Below are positions 46,373-55,257 of a DNA stretch of 64,000 nt, piece after piece. Location of the stretch: NCBI GenBank assembly GCA_965216565.1, contig OZ244170.1, positions 1,952,001 to 2,016,000 of the forward strand, written 5' to 3'. The notes beneath the pieces were generated by a model. That model was given only the letters and a program-made list of their open reading frames with translations. It had not been told where the DNA came from and made no database searches. Each line of letters begins with the position of its first letter. Position 1 is the stretch's first letter. This DNA comes from Bythopirellula sp. GTDB taxonomy: Bacteria; Planctomycetota; Planctomycetia; Pirellulales; Lacipirellulaceae. A program made the translations under genes and the position numbers.

Positions 46373-48672
46373 AGACGTCGGCACTTGAAACGTCGATTGG
46401 AATTGTCGCAAAAGTAATTCGTCTGAAGTGCAAGCTTCTGACGATCGCACTACTACTTCTGACCTCTGCAGGTCTCATCGGATGCCAACCCGCGAGCCAT
46501 AAGCGCACGATCACGGTGTGGCACCAACTGACTCCCCGCGATCGGGCCCTGTTGGAGCGTCGCATTGCGGACTTTGAGCAGTTCGATCCGAACATCCATG
46601 TAAGGTTTCTCTACAAAGAAACGGAGGAACTACGCAGCGGATTTCAAGCGGCCGCTCTGGCTGGGATTGGCCCGGAACTCATTCATGGCCCCACCGACGC
46701 CCTAGGCCCATTCCAAGCGATGGGAATCATCCAGGACATGTCGCCCTGGTTGAACGCCAAGTCTCAAGCCGCTTTCTTGCCAAATGCGCTAACCTTTGTT
46801 CCAAGCCGAGACGATCCGCAACGAAAAGAGCTACTTCAAATTCCGGATCGTTTCGGAAACCATCTGGCCCTCGTCTACAACCGCGATTTCATCAAAGAGC
46901 CTCCGAAGACAACAACTGAACTGATCGAACTTGGTAAACAACACACCGTCGATGCGAACGGCGACGGTAGAAACGAACGCTACGGCCTGGTTTGGAACTT
47001 CGTCGAACCTTTTTTTGCCATCCCGTTTGTCACCGGCTATGGAGGCTGGGTATTCGATGATTCTGGCGACCCCGTGCCTAACCTAGATACGCCCGAGATT
47101 GTAGACGCATACGAGTTCGTACTTTCGTTGAGAGACGAGCATAAGATTGTCCCCAATAACTGCGATTACGAAACGGCCGACTCACTTTTCAAAAGTGGCA
47201 AAGCAGCCATGATTATCAATGGCGATTGGAGTTGGTCCGACTATCTAGCAGCCGAGGGCATCGATGCCGCCGTGGCCCCTTTGCCGCTGGTGTCTGCCAC
47301 TGGCGAGCCCATGGGACCGATGGTCTCGCCCAAAGGGTATTCCTTGAATGCCGTTCTCGACGACACTGCCAAGCGCGATGCAATGCGCTTCGTCGAATTC
47401 ATGACCAGCGACGCAACGCAGAGATTCTATATGAGCGAGGGCTTGATTCTGCCCGCCTTGAAAGAGCCGTACGAGGATCCCATGATGTCCGAAAACGACA
47501 CATTGGTTGCCTCGAAAATCCAGCTCGACAACGGACGGTTGATGCCTGTCGATACCGAGTTACGGGCCGTATGGGACGCGATGAGACCCGCCTACCAGTC
47601 ACTCCTGGGGGGCAGTATCACCGCAGAGCAAGCTGGCAAGCAAATGCAAAAAGAGGCAGAGCGAGCCATCGATCTGATGAATCGCGACAGCCAGGCAGCC
47701 GCTGAGCCCTGGGTCTGGCAATTGTTGGGGGCGATTCTCTGCGGTGCGCTGCTTTTTTGGCAGCGGCGGAGTCTACTCCAATTTCTCCCCGATGTCCGTC
47801 GGCAGCCATTCGCTTATTGGCTGGTGCTACCCTCCATTGTTGTCATTTTCTTAACGGTCGCCTTTCCTTTTTTCTACAACGTTCTGCTTTCGCTCTCGAA
47901 TATGTCTCTCACCAATTTTCAGGAGTGGGAGATTGTAGGTCTGGAAAACTACCGAGAAGTGTTTGCCGAAGGGTCGTTCTATCGGTTGCTGGGCAGAACG
48001 ATCTTTTGGACGGCGATTAACGTCTTCTTTCATACATGCTTTGGCGTACTACTGGCGATGGCCATCAATGGGCCTATTCGGGGGAAGACGTTCTACCGAA
48101 TTTGCCTCATCATTCCCTGGGCCGTGCCGGCTTACATTACCGCTCTCACGTGGCGGAGCATGTTTCACTACGATTACGGCGCAATCAATCTGTTGTTGAG
48201 CAATTGGTTTGGCATCGAACCTGTGAATTGGCTCGGCGAACCGAGCCCAGCTTTCGCCGCCTGCATTGTTGCAAATGTATGGCTCGGCTATCCCTTCATG
48301 ATGGTCATCGCACTGGGCGGGCTGCAGGGAATTCCCAATGAGCTTTACGAAGCCGCCCGGATCGATGGTGCGTCGCGGTGGCACCAGTTTTGGCACGTCA
48401 CGTTGCCGCTGCTCAAACCAGTTTTAGCCCCCGCGGTTACGCTGGGTGCGATTTGGACTTTCAACAATCTAAACGTGGTGTGGCTCGTCTCCAACGGCGG
48501 CGAACCCGCCAACAAAACGCATATTTTAGTTTCCTACGTCTATAAAGCCGTTTTTAACCTCTATCGCTATGGCTATGGCGCAGCACTTTCGATGGTGATT
48601 TTTGCCATCCTGCTTGCCGCCAGCCTCATAGGGTTGCAGCGTTCGCGCGCCACCGAAAGCGTCTACACTTGA
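46369..48672 (+). CDS. Maltodextrin ABC transporter, fused substrate-binding (MalE-like) + permease (MalF-like)
   Basis: Lipobox LIGC, SBP motifs (LALVYNRD, AMIINGDW, VWDAM) then TM domain with EAA loop LYEAARIDGAS. Confidence 0.88.
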   Translation: MKTSALETSIGIVAKVIRLKCKLLTIALLLLTSAGLIGCQPASHKRTITVWHQLTPRDRALLERRIADFEQFDPNIHVRFLYKETEELRSGFQAAALAGIGPELIHGPTDALGPFQAMGIIQDMSPWLNAKSQAAFLPNALTFVPSRDDPQRKELLQIPDRFGNHLALVYNRDFIKEPPKTTTELIELGKQHTVDANGDGRNERYGLVWNFVEPFFAIPFVTGYGGWVFDDSGDPVPNLDTPEIVDAYEFVLSLRDEHKIVPNNCDYETADSLFKSGKAAMIINGDWSWSDYLAAEGIDAAVAPLPLVSATGEPMGPMVSPKGYSLNAVLDDTAKRDAMRFVEFMTSDATQRFYMSEGLILPALKEPYEDPMMSENDTLVASKIQLDNGRLMPVDTELRAVWDAMRPAYQSLLGGSITAEQAGKQMQKEAERAIDLMNRDSQAAAEPWVWQLLGAILCGALLFWQRRSLLQFLPDVRRQPFAYWLVLPSIVVIFLTVAFPFFYNVLLSLSNMSLTNFQEWEIVGLENYREVFAEGSFYRLLGRTIFWTAINVFFHTCFGVLLAMAINGPIRGKTFYRICLIIPWAVPAYITALTWRSMFHYDYGAINLLLSNWFGIEPVNWLGEPSPAFAACIVANVWLGYPFMMVIALGGLQGIPNELYEAARIDGASRWHQFWHVTLPLLKPVLAPAVTLGAIWTFNNLNVVWLVSNGGEPANKTHILVSYVYKAVFNLYRYGYGAALSMVIFAILLAASLIGLQRSRATESVYT

Positions 48673-48703
48673 GATCCAAAAGAATATTTAGTGCCAAATC
48701 GAA

Positions 48704-49561
48704 ATGAAGAAGAACCATCTCGATGACAAACCGACCGAAGCGATGGGAGTGTCGCTGTTGAGGCACGCAGTGCTATTGCTGTTTGTGTTTATCAGCCTCT
48801 ATCCCGTACTTATCGTACTCTCGATCTCCTTGCGGCCGGGGAACCAGCTACAATCGACCGATCTCTCACTTATTCCAGAAAATTGGACGTTCGATTCCTA
48901 TCGTAGCCTATTCACAGAACAACCTTTCTTAAATTGGCTAGGAAACTCTCTGCTCGTTTCAGGTATTGTGACGATGACCGGCGTGGCATTGGCGTCGCTG
49001 GGCGGGTACGCATTGAGCCGTTACAAATTTGTGGGACGACAAACTTTGATGCTCTCGATTCTCACGACGCAAATGTTCCCAGCGACAATGCTCTTGCTGC
49101 CCTTGTACATATTGATCGCCAAGTTGCACTTAGTAGATACGTATTTAGGGCTGATGATCTTTTACGTATCCACCGCTTTGCCTTTTTGCATTTGGCAAAT
49201 GAAAGGCTTTTACGACACGATTCCCCCTTCGCTGGAAGAAGCAGCTTCCATTGATGGTTGCGGACAATTCAGTGCCTTCTGGCGGATCGTGCTTCCCGTG
49301 GCAGTTCCTGGACTTGTGATTACAGCCTTGTTTAGTTTTATGACCGCGTGGAGCGAGTACATTGTCGCGGCCCAGGTCTTGCAAAGCCGCGATCTGTTCA
49401 CGCTACCCTTAGGAATCAAGGGATTTCAGGCGAGCATGTCGACCCAATGGGGACTCTATGCGGCAGCTTCCATTCTTGTCAGCATTCCTGTGGTCGTTGT
49501 CTTCATCATCTTGAGTCGGTACCTTGTTTCGGGCATGACCCTCGGTGCCGTGAAAGAGTAG
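48704..49561 (+). CDS. malG: Maltodextrin ABC permease (MalG-like)
   Basis: TQMFP, MKGFYDTIP..LEEAASIDG, AWSEY; about 6 TM. Confidence 0.85.
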   Translation: MKKNHLDDKPTEAMGVSLLRHAVLLLFVFISLYPVLIVLSISLRPGNQLQSTDLSLIPENWTFDSYRSLFTEQPFLNWLGNSLLVSGIVTMTGVALASLGGYALSRYKFVGRQTLMLSILTTQMFPATMLLLPLYILIAKLHLVDTYLGLMIFYVSTALPFCIWQMKGFYDTIPPSLEEAASIDGCGQFSAFWRIVLPVAVPGLVITALFSFMTAWSEYIVAAQVLQSRDLFTLPLGIKGFQASMSTQWGLYAAASILVSIPVVVVFIILSRYLVSGMTLGAVKE

Positions 49562-49599
49562 GGCAGGGGACCATTCCGCAATTTGCAACGAGAGCGAAG

Positions 49600-51066
49600 A
49601 TGAAACTAGCAATCCCAGTCTCGTTGGTCAGTTGCGCAATGCTAGTTGCTGAGCTGCTCTGCCCCTTCGCTCACGCTGCTCCAACCGCGCAGCCGAATAT
49701 CGTAATGATCCTCGTCGACGATCTTGGCTGGACCGACTTGGGCTGTTACGGCAGTAGCTTTTACGACACGCCCAATCTGGACAAGTTTGCGGAATCCTCG
49801 GTGAGATTCACGAGTGCTTATGCCGCGTCACCAGTCTGTTCGCCAACTCGCGCTGCCATCTTGAGTGGCAAAAACCCGATGCGACTTCAGATCACCGACT
49901 GGATTCCTGGAATGATCCCCATGCGCCCGCAGACTGCCAACCGCTATCCACTGCTGCAGCCACCCATTGAGAACCAACTCCCTCACGAAGAAACGACGAT
50001 CGCTGAAACCTTGCAATCAGCCGGCTACCAAACTTTCTACGCAGGAAAATGGCATCTTGGTGAGAAAAGACATTGGCCCGAGTCGCAGGGTTTCGAAATC
50101 AACCGGGGAGGACACGACAAAGGCTCGCCCCCCGGCGGCTATTATTCTCCCTATAAGAATCCGGCGTTGGGGGATGGTCCGACAGGTGAGTATCTGACAG
50201 ATCGGCTGGCAAGTGAAACAATCGAGTTTATTGAGCAGCGTGACAAAGATCGACCATTCTTCGCTTACTTGGCTTTTTACACCGTCCATACGCCCATCCA
50301 AGGTTGCAATAAGTACGACGAGCTCTACCGCCAACGTGCCGACGGTTTGCCCGCACTCAACAATCACACATTGCGTGAGGAGAACGGCGCTCGCACTCGA
50401 GTGGTTCAAGACAATCCCGAGTACGCGGCGATGGTTCGATCGATGGACGAGAACGTCGGTCGCGTCTTGAATTTGCTTGAGTCGGAAGACCTTGGCGATG
50501 ACACAATCGTGATCTTCACCTCCGACAATGGCGGGTTGAGCACTCAGGGCAAAGGGGGACCTACTTCAGTTCTACCACTGCGTGCAGGTAAGGGCTGGTG
50601 CTACGAGGGAGGCATTCGGATTCCCCTGCTGATCCGCGCTCCAGGCATCTCCCAGGACGGCACCGATTGCGACGTCCCCACAATTTCTATGGACCTCTAT
50701 CCCACTATTCTCGACTGTGCCGGCGTCCCCAGGCAGCCTGAACAACATCGGGACGGCATAAGCCTCGCCGGCTATCTTCGCTCGCCAGCAGAAACATTGA
50801 AGCGCACCCTGGTTTGGCATTTCCCTCACTACCATGCCTCCGCTTGGACACCGGGGTCGGCGATTCGCCAGGGAGATTGGAAACTCATCGAATTCTACGA
50901 GCAAGATGTGGTCGAACTCTACAATCTGGCCGACGATCTCGGTGAGCAGCATAACCTAGCCAACACAGATCCAGAGCAGGCAGAGTTACTTCTGAATGAA
51001 CTGCATCAATCGCTCGACTCGATGGGGGCGCTATACCCAGAGCAGAACCCAAATTTTCAGCGCTAG
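49600..51066 (+). CDS. Sulfatase (S1, Cys-type)
   Basis: PNIVMILVDDLG, formylglycine motif CSPTRAAILSG, GKWHLG, FTSDNGG; start placed at ATG 49600. Confidence 0.93.
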   Translation: MKLAIPVSLVSCAMLVAELLCPFAHAAPTAQPNIVMILVDDLGWTDLGCYGSSFYDTPNLDKFAESSVRFTSAYAASPVCSPTRAAILSGKNPMRLQITDWIPGMIPMRPQTANRYPLLQPPIENQLPHEETTIAETLQSAGYQTFYAGKWHLGEKRHWPESQGFEINRGGHDKGSPPGGYYSPYKNPALGDGPTGEYLTDRLASETIEFIEQRDKDRPFFAYLAFYTVHTPIQGCNKYDELYRQRADGLPALNNHTLREENGARTRVVQDNPEYAAMVRSMDENVGRVLNLLESEDLGDDTIVIFTSDNGGLSTQGKGGPTSVLPLRAGKGWCYEGGIRIPLLIRAPGISQDGTDCDVPTISMDLYPTILDCAGVPRQPEQHRDGISLAGYLRSPAETLKRTLVWHFPHYHASAWTPGSAIRQGDWKLIEFYEQDVVELYNLADDLGEQHNLANTDPEQAELLLNELHQSLDSMGALYPEQNPNFQR

Positions 51067-51145
51067 TCCTTGGCCTGCTCATTCTTACCAGAGCATCCAG
51101 ACTGTTGGAACCGGGCTGTAGTCACGCAAGTCGCACAGTCTTACA

Positions 51146-52879
51146 ATGGGCGACATGTCCATGTGGGAACTCCATTCTCAGTACCGTGTTTCTCCAGAAA
51201 TCACCAGCAACCTTCGGCATGCCGACATCGTACGCATGCTTGCCGAGCTACAGGCGGTACGCCCCGAGGCGATGCCCTTAAGCGAGCTGGGGACCTCGTA
51301 CGAAGGCCGCAGTATCTGGAAGGCGTCCCTAGGCAATGGTCCCACGAAGATATTTGCTTGGTCCCAAATGCATGGCAATGAACCAACCCACACGGCAGTG
51401 CTCTTGGATTTAATAAATTTCCTGCAGCGCTCACCGGAGGACCCTATTGCCAAAGTCATACTATCCGAGTGCACGCTACACTTGGTCCCGATGCTCAACC
51501 CCGATGGGGCGGAGCGTTACATACGACGCAATGCTCAAGCGATCGATATCAACCGTGACGCCCTCCTGCTACAGAGCCCCGAGGGACGGTTGCTGAGACA
51601 GACAGTTTTCGATTTACAACCCGATATTGCGCTAAACTTGCATAACCAAACGCCACGCACCTCGGTTGGCAGCAATCCAACTCGAGTCGCAGCCGTTTCG
51701 CTCTTGGTTCCGCCCATCGACGCAGTAGACACACAGACGGATGGGACTCGCCTTGCCAAACAACTCGCAGATAAATTCGTTGAAGCTGTCGAGCCACACT
51801 GCGCAGGCCTCATCTCTCGGTACGACGCCGACTTTATGCCGCGCTGCTTTGGCGAGTGGGTACAGCAACAAGGGGCGGCCACGCTAACGGTGGAAGCAGG
51901 CGGCTGGACAACCCCGCTGACCGAACGTAGCCCCCTGGTGCAAGTTCATTTTCTAGGAACGCTAAGCGTACTCGAGAGTATTGCCAATGAGAGTTACGAG
52001 TCGGCCGATCCGATCATCTACGATCAGCTGCCACGTTCCGGTGGCCACGACTTGTTCGATCTTGCCGTGAGAAATACGCGCATCGTGCTCAACAAGTCAG
52101 GCGAAACCGCCCGCAGCGACATCGGCATCAATTTTCATTCAACCTCGAGCGACCATCAGTTTGCCTTAACAGGGAGGATTGCCGACTTGGGCGATCTCTC
52201 CGTGACTGACGGGAAGATCGAGTTCATCGCCGACGACTGCATTTGTCTGCCAGGCAGGTTCGCCCTGCTACCTGAAATCAATCCCACCAACCTGCCCAGC
52301 CCCGATCTTGTTGCCGAGATGTTGCAATCCGGTGTCACTTCCCTGCTTGGGTCACTGGACTTATCGTCATCAGCTCAACGTGACGCACTCCTGGATCTCG
52401 GCACTCAATTGGCACTGCCTATCAACGTTGGCTTCTTGGCTGATCTCGACAGTTATCAAGGCCCAGAATCACAAGCAAACTTAATAAGAGCGCTTTCGCA
52501 GGGCGTGCTCGGAGCAATCGGCACGACCGAATCCACTGAAGCCCAGGAACTTCTAGATTGTTTTGGGATTGTTCCCATTGCGCACGGGGCACTCTCGTTT
52601 GCGTTGGGTGAGTCTTCGTCGCTGGAAGAATATTTTGGTCAGGTGCAGCAAGGTGCGCAACTTCTTAAACACTACCAGACTGGCCCAATTGCTCTGGGAT
52701 CGAGCGCAGATTTGGTCTTCCTCCAATCAGCAGATCGCCTGGCTGCCAATCAATCGGTCGACTGGAGTCTCTTGCGGCGAGTTTTAGTCAGCGGTAACGT
52801 TGTTTGGGACAAAGGCGAGCTGACCCCTAGTCCTGTGGGTCGACTACTCGTGAATGATTTTCGAGCAGCCAGGACATAA
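51146..52879 (+). CDS. M14 zinc carboxypeptidase fused to a degenerate amidohydrolase-like domain
   Basis: HGNE, NPDG, RRN...DINRD, LH zinc/substrate motifs, EAGG; C-terminal half has amidohydrolase beta-sandwich traits (PG, GVT, ADLV...V.G). Confidence 0.78.
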   Translation: MGDMSMWELHSQYRVSPEITSNLRHADIVRMLAELQAVRPEAMPLSELGTSYEGRSIWKASLGNGPTKIFAWSQMHGNEPTHTAVLLDLINFLQRSPEDPIAKVILSECTLHLVPMLNPDGAERYIRRNAQAIDINRDALLLQSPEGRLLRQTVFDLQPDIALNLHNQTPRTSVGSNPTRVAAVSLLVPPIDAVDTQTDGTRLAKQLADKFVEAVEPHCAGLISRYDADFMPRCFGEWVQQQGAATLTVEAGGWTTPLTERSPLVQVHFLGTLSVLESIANESYESADPIIYDQLPRSGGHDLFDLAVRNTRIVLNKSGETARSDIGINFHSTSSDHQFALTGRIADLGDLSVTDGKIEFIADDCICLPGRFALLPEINPTNLPSPDLVAEMLQSGVTSLLGSLDLSSSAQRDALLDLGTQLALPINVGFLADLDSYQGPESQANLIRALSQGVLGAIGTTESTEAQELLDCFGIVPIAHGALSFALGESSSLEEYFGQVQQGAQLLKHYQTGPIALGSSADLVFLQSADRLAANQSVDWSLLRRVLVSGNVVWDKGELTPSPVGRLLVNDFRAART

Positions 52880-52902
52880 TCGATCGTATCAAGGAATCTT
52901 AT

Positions 52903-53679
52903 ATGCTCAACAAGATTTGGTTCGGGCTGCTGCTGATCGGCGTGCTCTACGCCTTTGGCAAAGCTAGTTACAACGACTTGAGTGGCAAAACCCGATCGGT
53001 TGCGTCTGCCGAGGAAGATGTTCAGGAGCCAGATGTTCTAGTTGAAGCGACGGAGACAACAGCAGATCCGATCGACGATGTCTACGACAGACGTGGTCTC
53101 CAGGAGATGGGAAAAGATTTGAATGCAGCCGCCTTGGGAGCTGCGGAAACTTCCGTTGAAATCTGCCTCAAGCTTATCGGCATCATGGCTTTGTGGTTAG
53201 GACTGCTGAACGTCGCCAAGGATGCCGGCTTAGTCGATGCCTTCGCCAGGTTATTGCGACCACTCATGCGATGGCTATTCCCAGAAGTACCCGACGGTCA
53301 TCCCGCGCAGGGCGCGATGCTAATGAATATCTCGGCAAACATGCTAGGACTAGACAACGCGGCGACGCCGATGGGTCTGAAAGCGATGCAAGAGTTGCAA
53401 ACGCTCAACCCAGTGAAAGACACCGCGACCAATTCCATGGCCACGTTCCTGGCAATTAATACCAGCAACGTCACAATCATCCCCATCACAATTATCGCCT
53501 ATCGAGTTGCCGCCGACAGCACCGACCCGGCAGGCCCTCTGGTGCCTATCTTCCTGACGACCTCGGTCACCACAATCGTCGCGGTGCTGGCCGTCCGCAT
53601 GCTTCAGAAATCACCCGCGTATGCGATCCCTGCAGTTGCAGGAAGTTCGGAACCGATTGACGAGGAGGACGAAGTATGA
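52903..53679 (+). CDS. spmA: SpmA-like membrane protein (nucleoside-recognition Gate domain)
   Basis: MLNKIW, GIMALWLG, LFPEVP.GHPA, ANMLGLDNAATPMGLKAM.ELQ.LN. Confidence 0.88.
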   Translation: MLNKIWFGLLLIGVLYAFGKASYNDLSGKTRSVASAEEDVQEPDVLVEATETTADPIDDVYDRRGLQEMGKDLNAAALGAAETSVEICLKLIGIMALWLGLLNVAKDAGLVDAFARLLRPLMRWLFPEVPDGHPAQGAMLMNISANMLGLDNAATPMGLKAMQELQTLNPVKDTATNSMATFLAINTSNVTIIPITIIAYRVAADSTDPAGPLVPIFLTTSVTTIVAVLAVRMLQKSPAYAIPAVAGSSEPIDEEDEV

Positions 53680-54233
53680 GCGCACTCCAAGGCATGATGG
53701 ATACCGTTAGCCAATGGACTATCCCTGGCATGATGCTGCTGATCGTTCTTTGGGCAGCCTACAACAAGGTGCCCATGTACGAGTCCTTTGTCACCGGAGC
53801 CAAAGAAGGCTTCAGCGTGGCGGTGATGATTATTCCCTATCTGGTCGCGATACTGTTTGTGATCAAGGTATTTCTCGCCAGCGGTGCGTTCGAGGACATG
53901 AAGTTGCTGTTTATTTGGGTGATGGAACAATTCGGATTGGGAGAATATACCGAAACGCTCGACCTGATGCCGCTGGCATTTACACGACCGCTCACCGGGA
54001 GTGGCGCACGCGGGGTGCTGGTGGAAATGTTCGACAGCCATGGTCCCGATAGTTTTCTAGGAAATACTGCCACGCTGATGATGGGGAGCACCGAAACTAC
54101 GTTCTACGTCATCACGGTTTACTTTGGTGCGATCCAAGTCAAAAAAATTCGTCATACCCTGCCAGCATGTTTGATCGCAGATGCAGCGGGCGTGGCCACC
54201 GCGATCTTGCTTGGCTACTGGCTCTATGCATGA
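53676..54233 (+). CDS. spmB: SpmB-like membrane protein
   Basis: YESFV.GAKEGF, IIPYLVA, RPLTGSG, GPDS, GSTETTFY...VYFG; ATGA overlap with spmA. Confidence 0.9.
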   Translation: MSALQGMMDTVSQWTIPGMMLLIVLWAAYNKVPMYESFVTGAKEGFSVAVMIIPYLVAILFVIKVFLASGAFEDMKLLFIWVMEQFGLGEYTETLDLMPLAFTRPLTGSGARGVLVEMFDSHGPDSFLGNTATLMMGSTETTFYVITVYFGAIQVKKIRHTLPACLIADAAGVATAILLGYWLYA

Positions 54234-54240
54234 GAACCCC

Positions 54241-55209
54241 ATGAAGCCGCTTATTCCAAGAGCACTCAGAAAGGGCGACACAATCGCGCTGGTTGCTCCA
54301 GCAGGTCCCGTCGATCGCGCAAGGCTCGAGCGGGGAGTCGCTGTTTACGAGAAACAAGGTTTTCAACTCAAAACCTATCGAGATATCTACGCGACCCACG
54401 GCTACTTGGCCGGGGACGACGATGTTCGGACCAAGGAGCTGATGGAGGCGTTCGCCGATCCAGAGGTTGCTGCCATCTTCCCAGCCCGCGGAGGCACCGG
54501 TGTTACCCGACTTCTTGATCGGCTCGACTATGAATTGATTCGACAGAATCCTAAGATTCTTTGTGGCTTTAGCGATATCACCGCATTGCACTTGGCAGTG
54601 AACTCGCAGACGGGTTTGGTTACTTTTCATAGTCCTCATCCGATGGATGGCCCAGGGCATCCCGAGGGATTCACTGATCTCACCGCCCGCACCTACTGGC
54701 GTTGCTTACTGGCAGACGAATACGAGTCGTCAAACGAAGCCTCCTGGGAAATTCCTCTCACAGAAAACGAGCGACAAGGAATCGCCACGGTTCATCCCGG
54801 AACAGCAACGGGCAGGCTCATCGGCGGCAACTTGGCTCTCATCTGTTCGCTGCTAGGAACCCCTTATGAAATAGTCACCGAGCAGAACATCTTGCTAATC
54901 GAAGATATCAGCGAGCAGCCCTACCGCATTGACCGGTTTCTTTCTCAGCTTCAACTCGCCGGGAAACTGGATAAGCTGTCAGGAGTTGTCGTCGGACAAT
55001 TCACAGACTGCTTACCCGAGGAGGGCAAGGCAAGTCTCACGCTGGAGCAGATCTTCAGCAACTACCTTGGGGAATTGAAGGTTCCGATTGTTCAAAATTT
55101 CCCCACGGGCCATGCCCGCGACAATGCCACTTTGCCCCTGGGAGTCCAGGTTGAATTGAATGCAGACGCGCGAAAGCTAACCGTCTTGGAAAACCCAGTC
55201 CACTGCTGA
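54241..55209 (+). CDS. ldcA: LD-carboxypeptidase (S66, LdcA-like)
   Basis: RGG, GFSDIT catalytic Ser, GGNL, IED, GH catalytic His; start may be 54226. Confidence 0.88.
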   Translation: MKPLIPRALRKGDTIALVAPAGPVDRARLERGVAVYEKQGFQLKTYRDIYATHGYLAGDDDVRTKELMEAFADPEVAAIFPARGGTGVTRLLDRLDYELIRQNPKILCGFSDITALHLAVNSQTGLVTFHSPHPMDGPGHPEGFTDLTARTYWRCLLADEYESSNEASWEIPLTENERQGIATVHPGTATGRLIGGNLALICSLLGTPYEIVTEQNILLIEDISEQPYRIDRFLSQLQLAGKLDKLSGVVVGQFTDCLPEEGKASLTLEQIFSNYLGELKVPIVQNFPTGHARDNATLPLGVQVELNADARKLTVLENPVHC

Positions 55210-55257
55210 TTGCATCCCTTTAAGTGAGCGTTCCCATTGCACAGAGACAAAAACCGC

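Noticed and set aside
52903..54233. Evidence of sporulation
   Set aside because: SpmA/B homologs occur in non-sporulating bacteria and no other sporulation genes are present.
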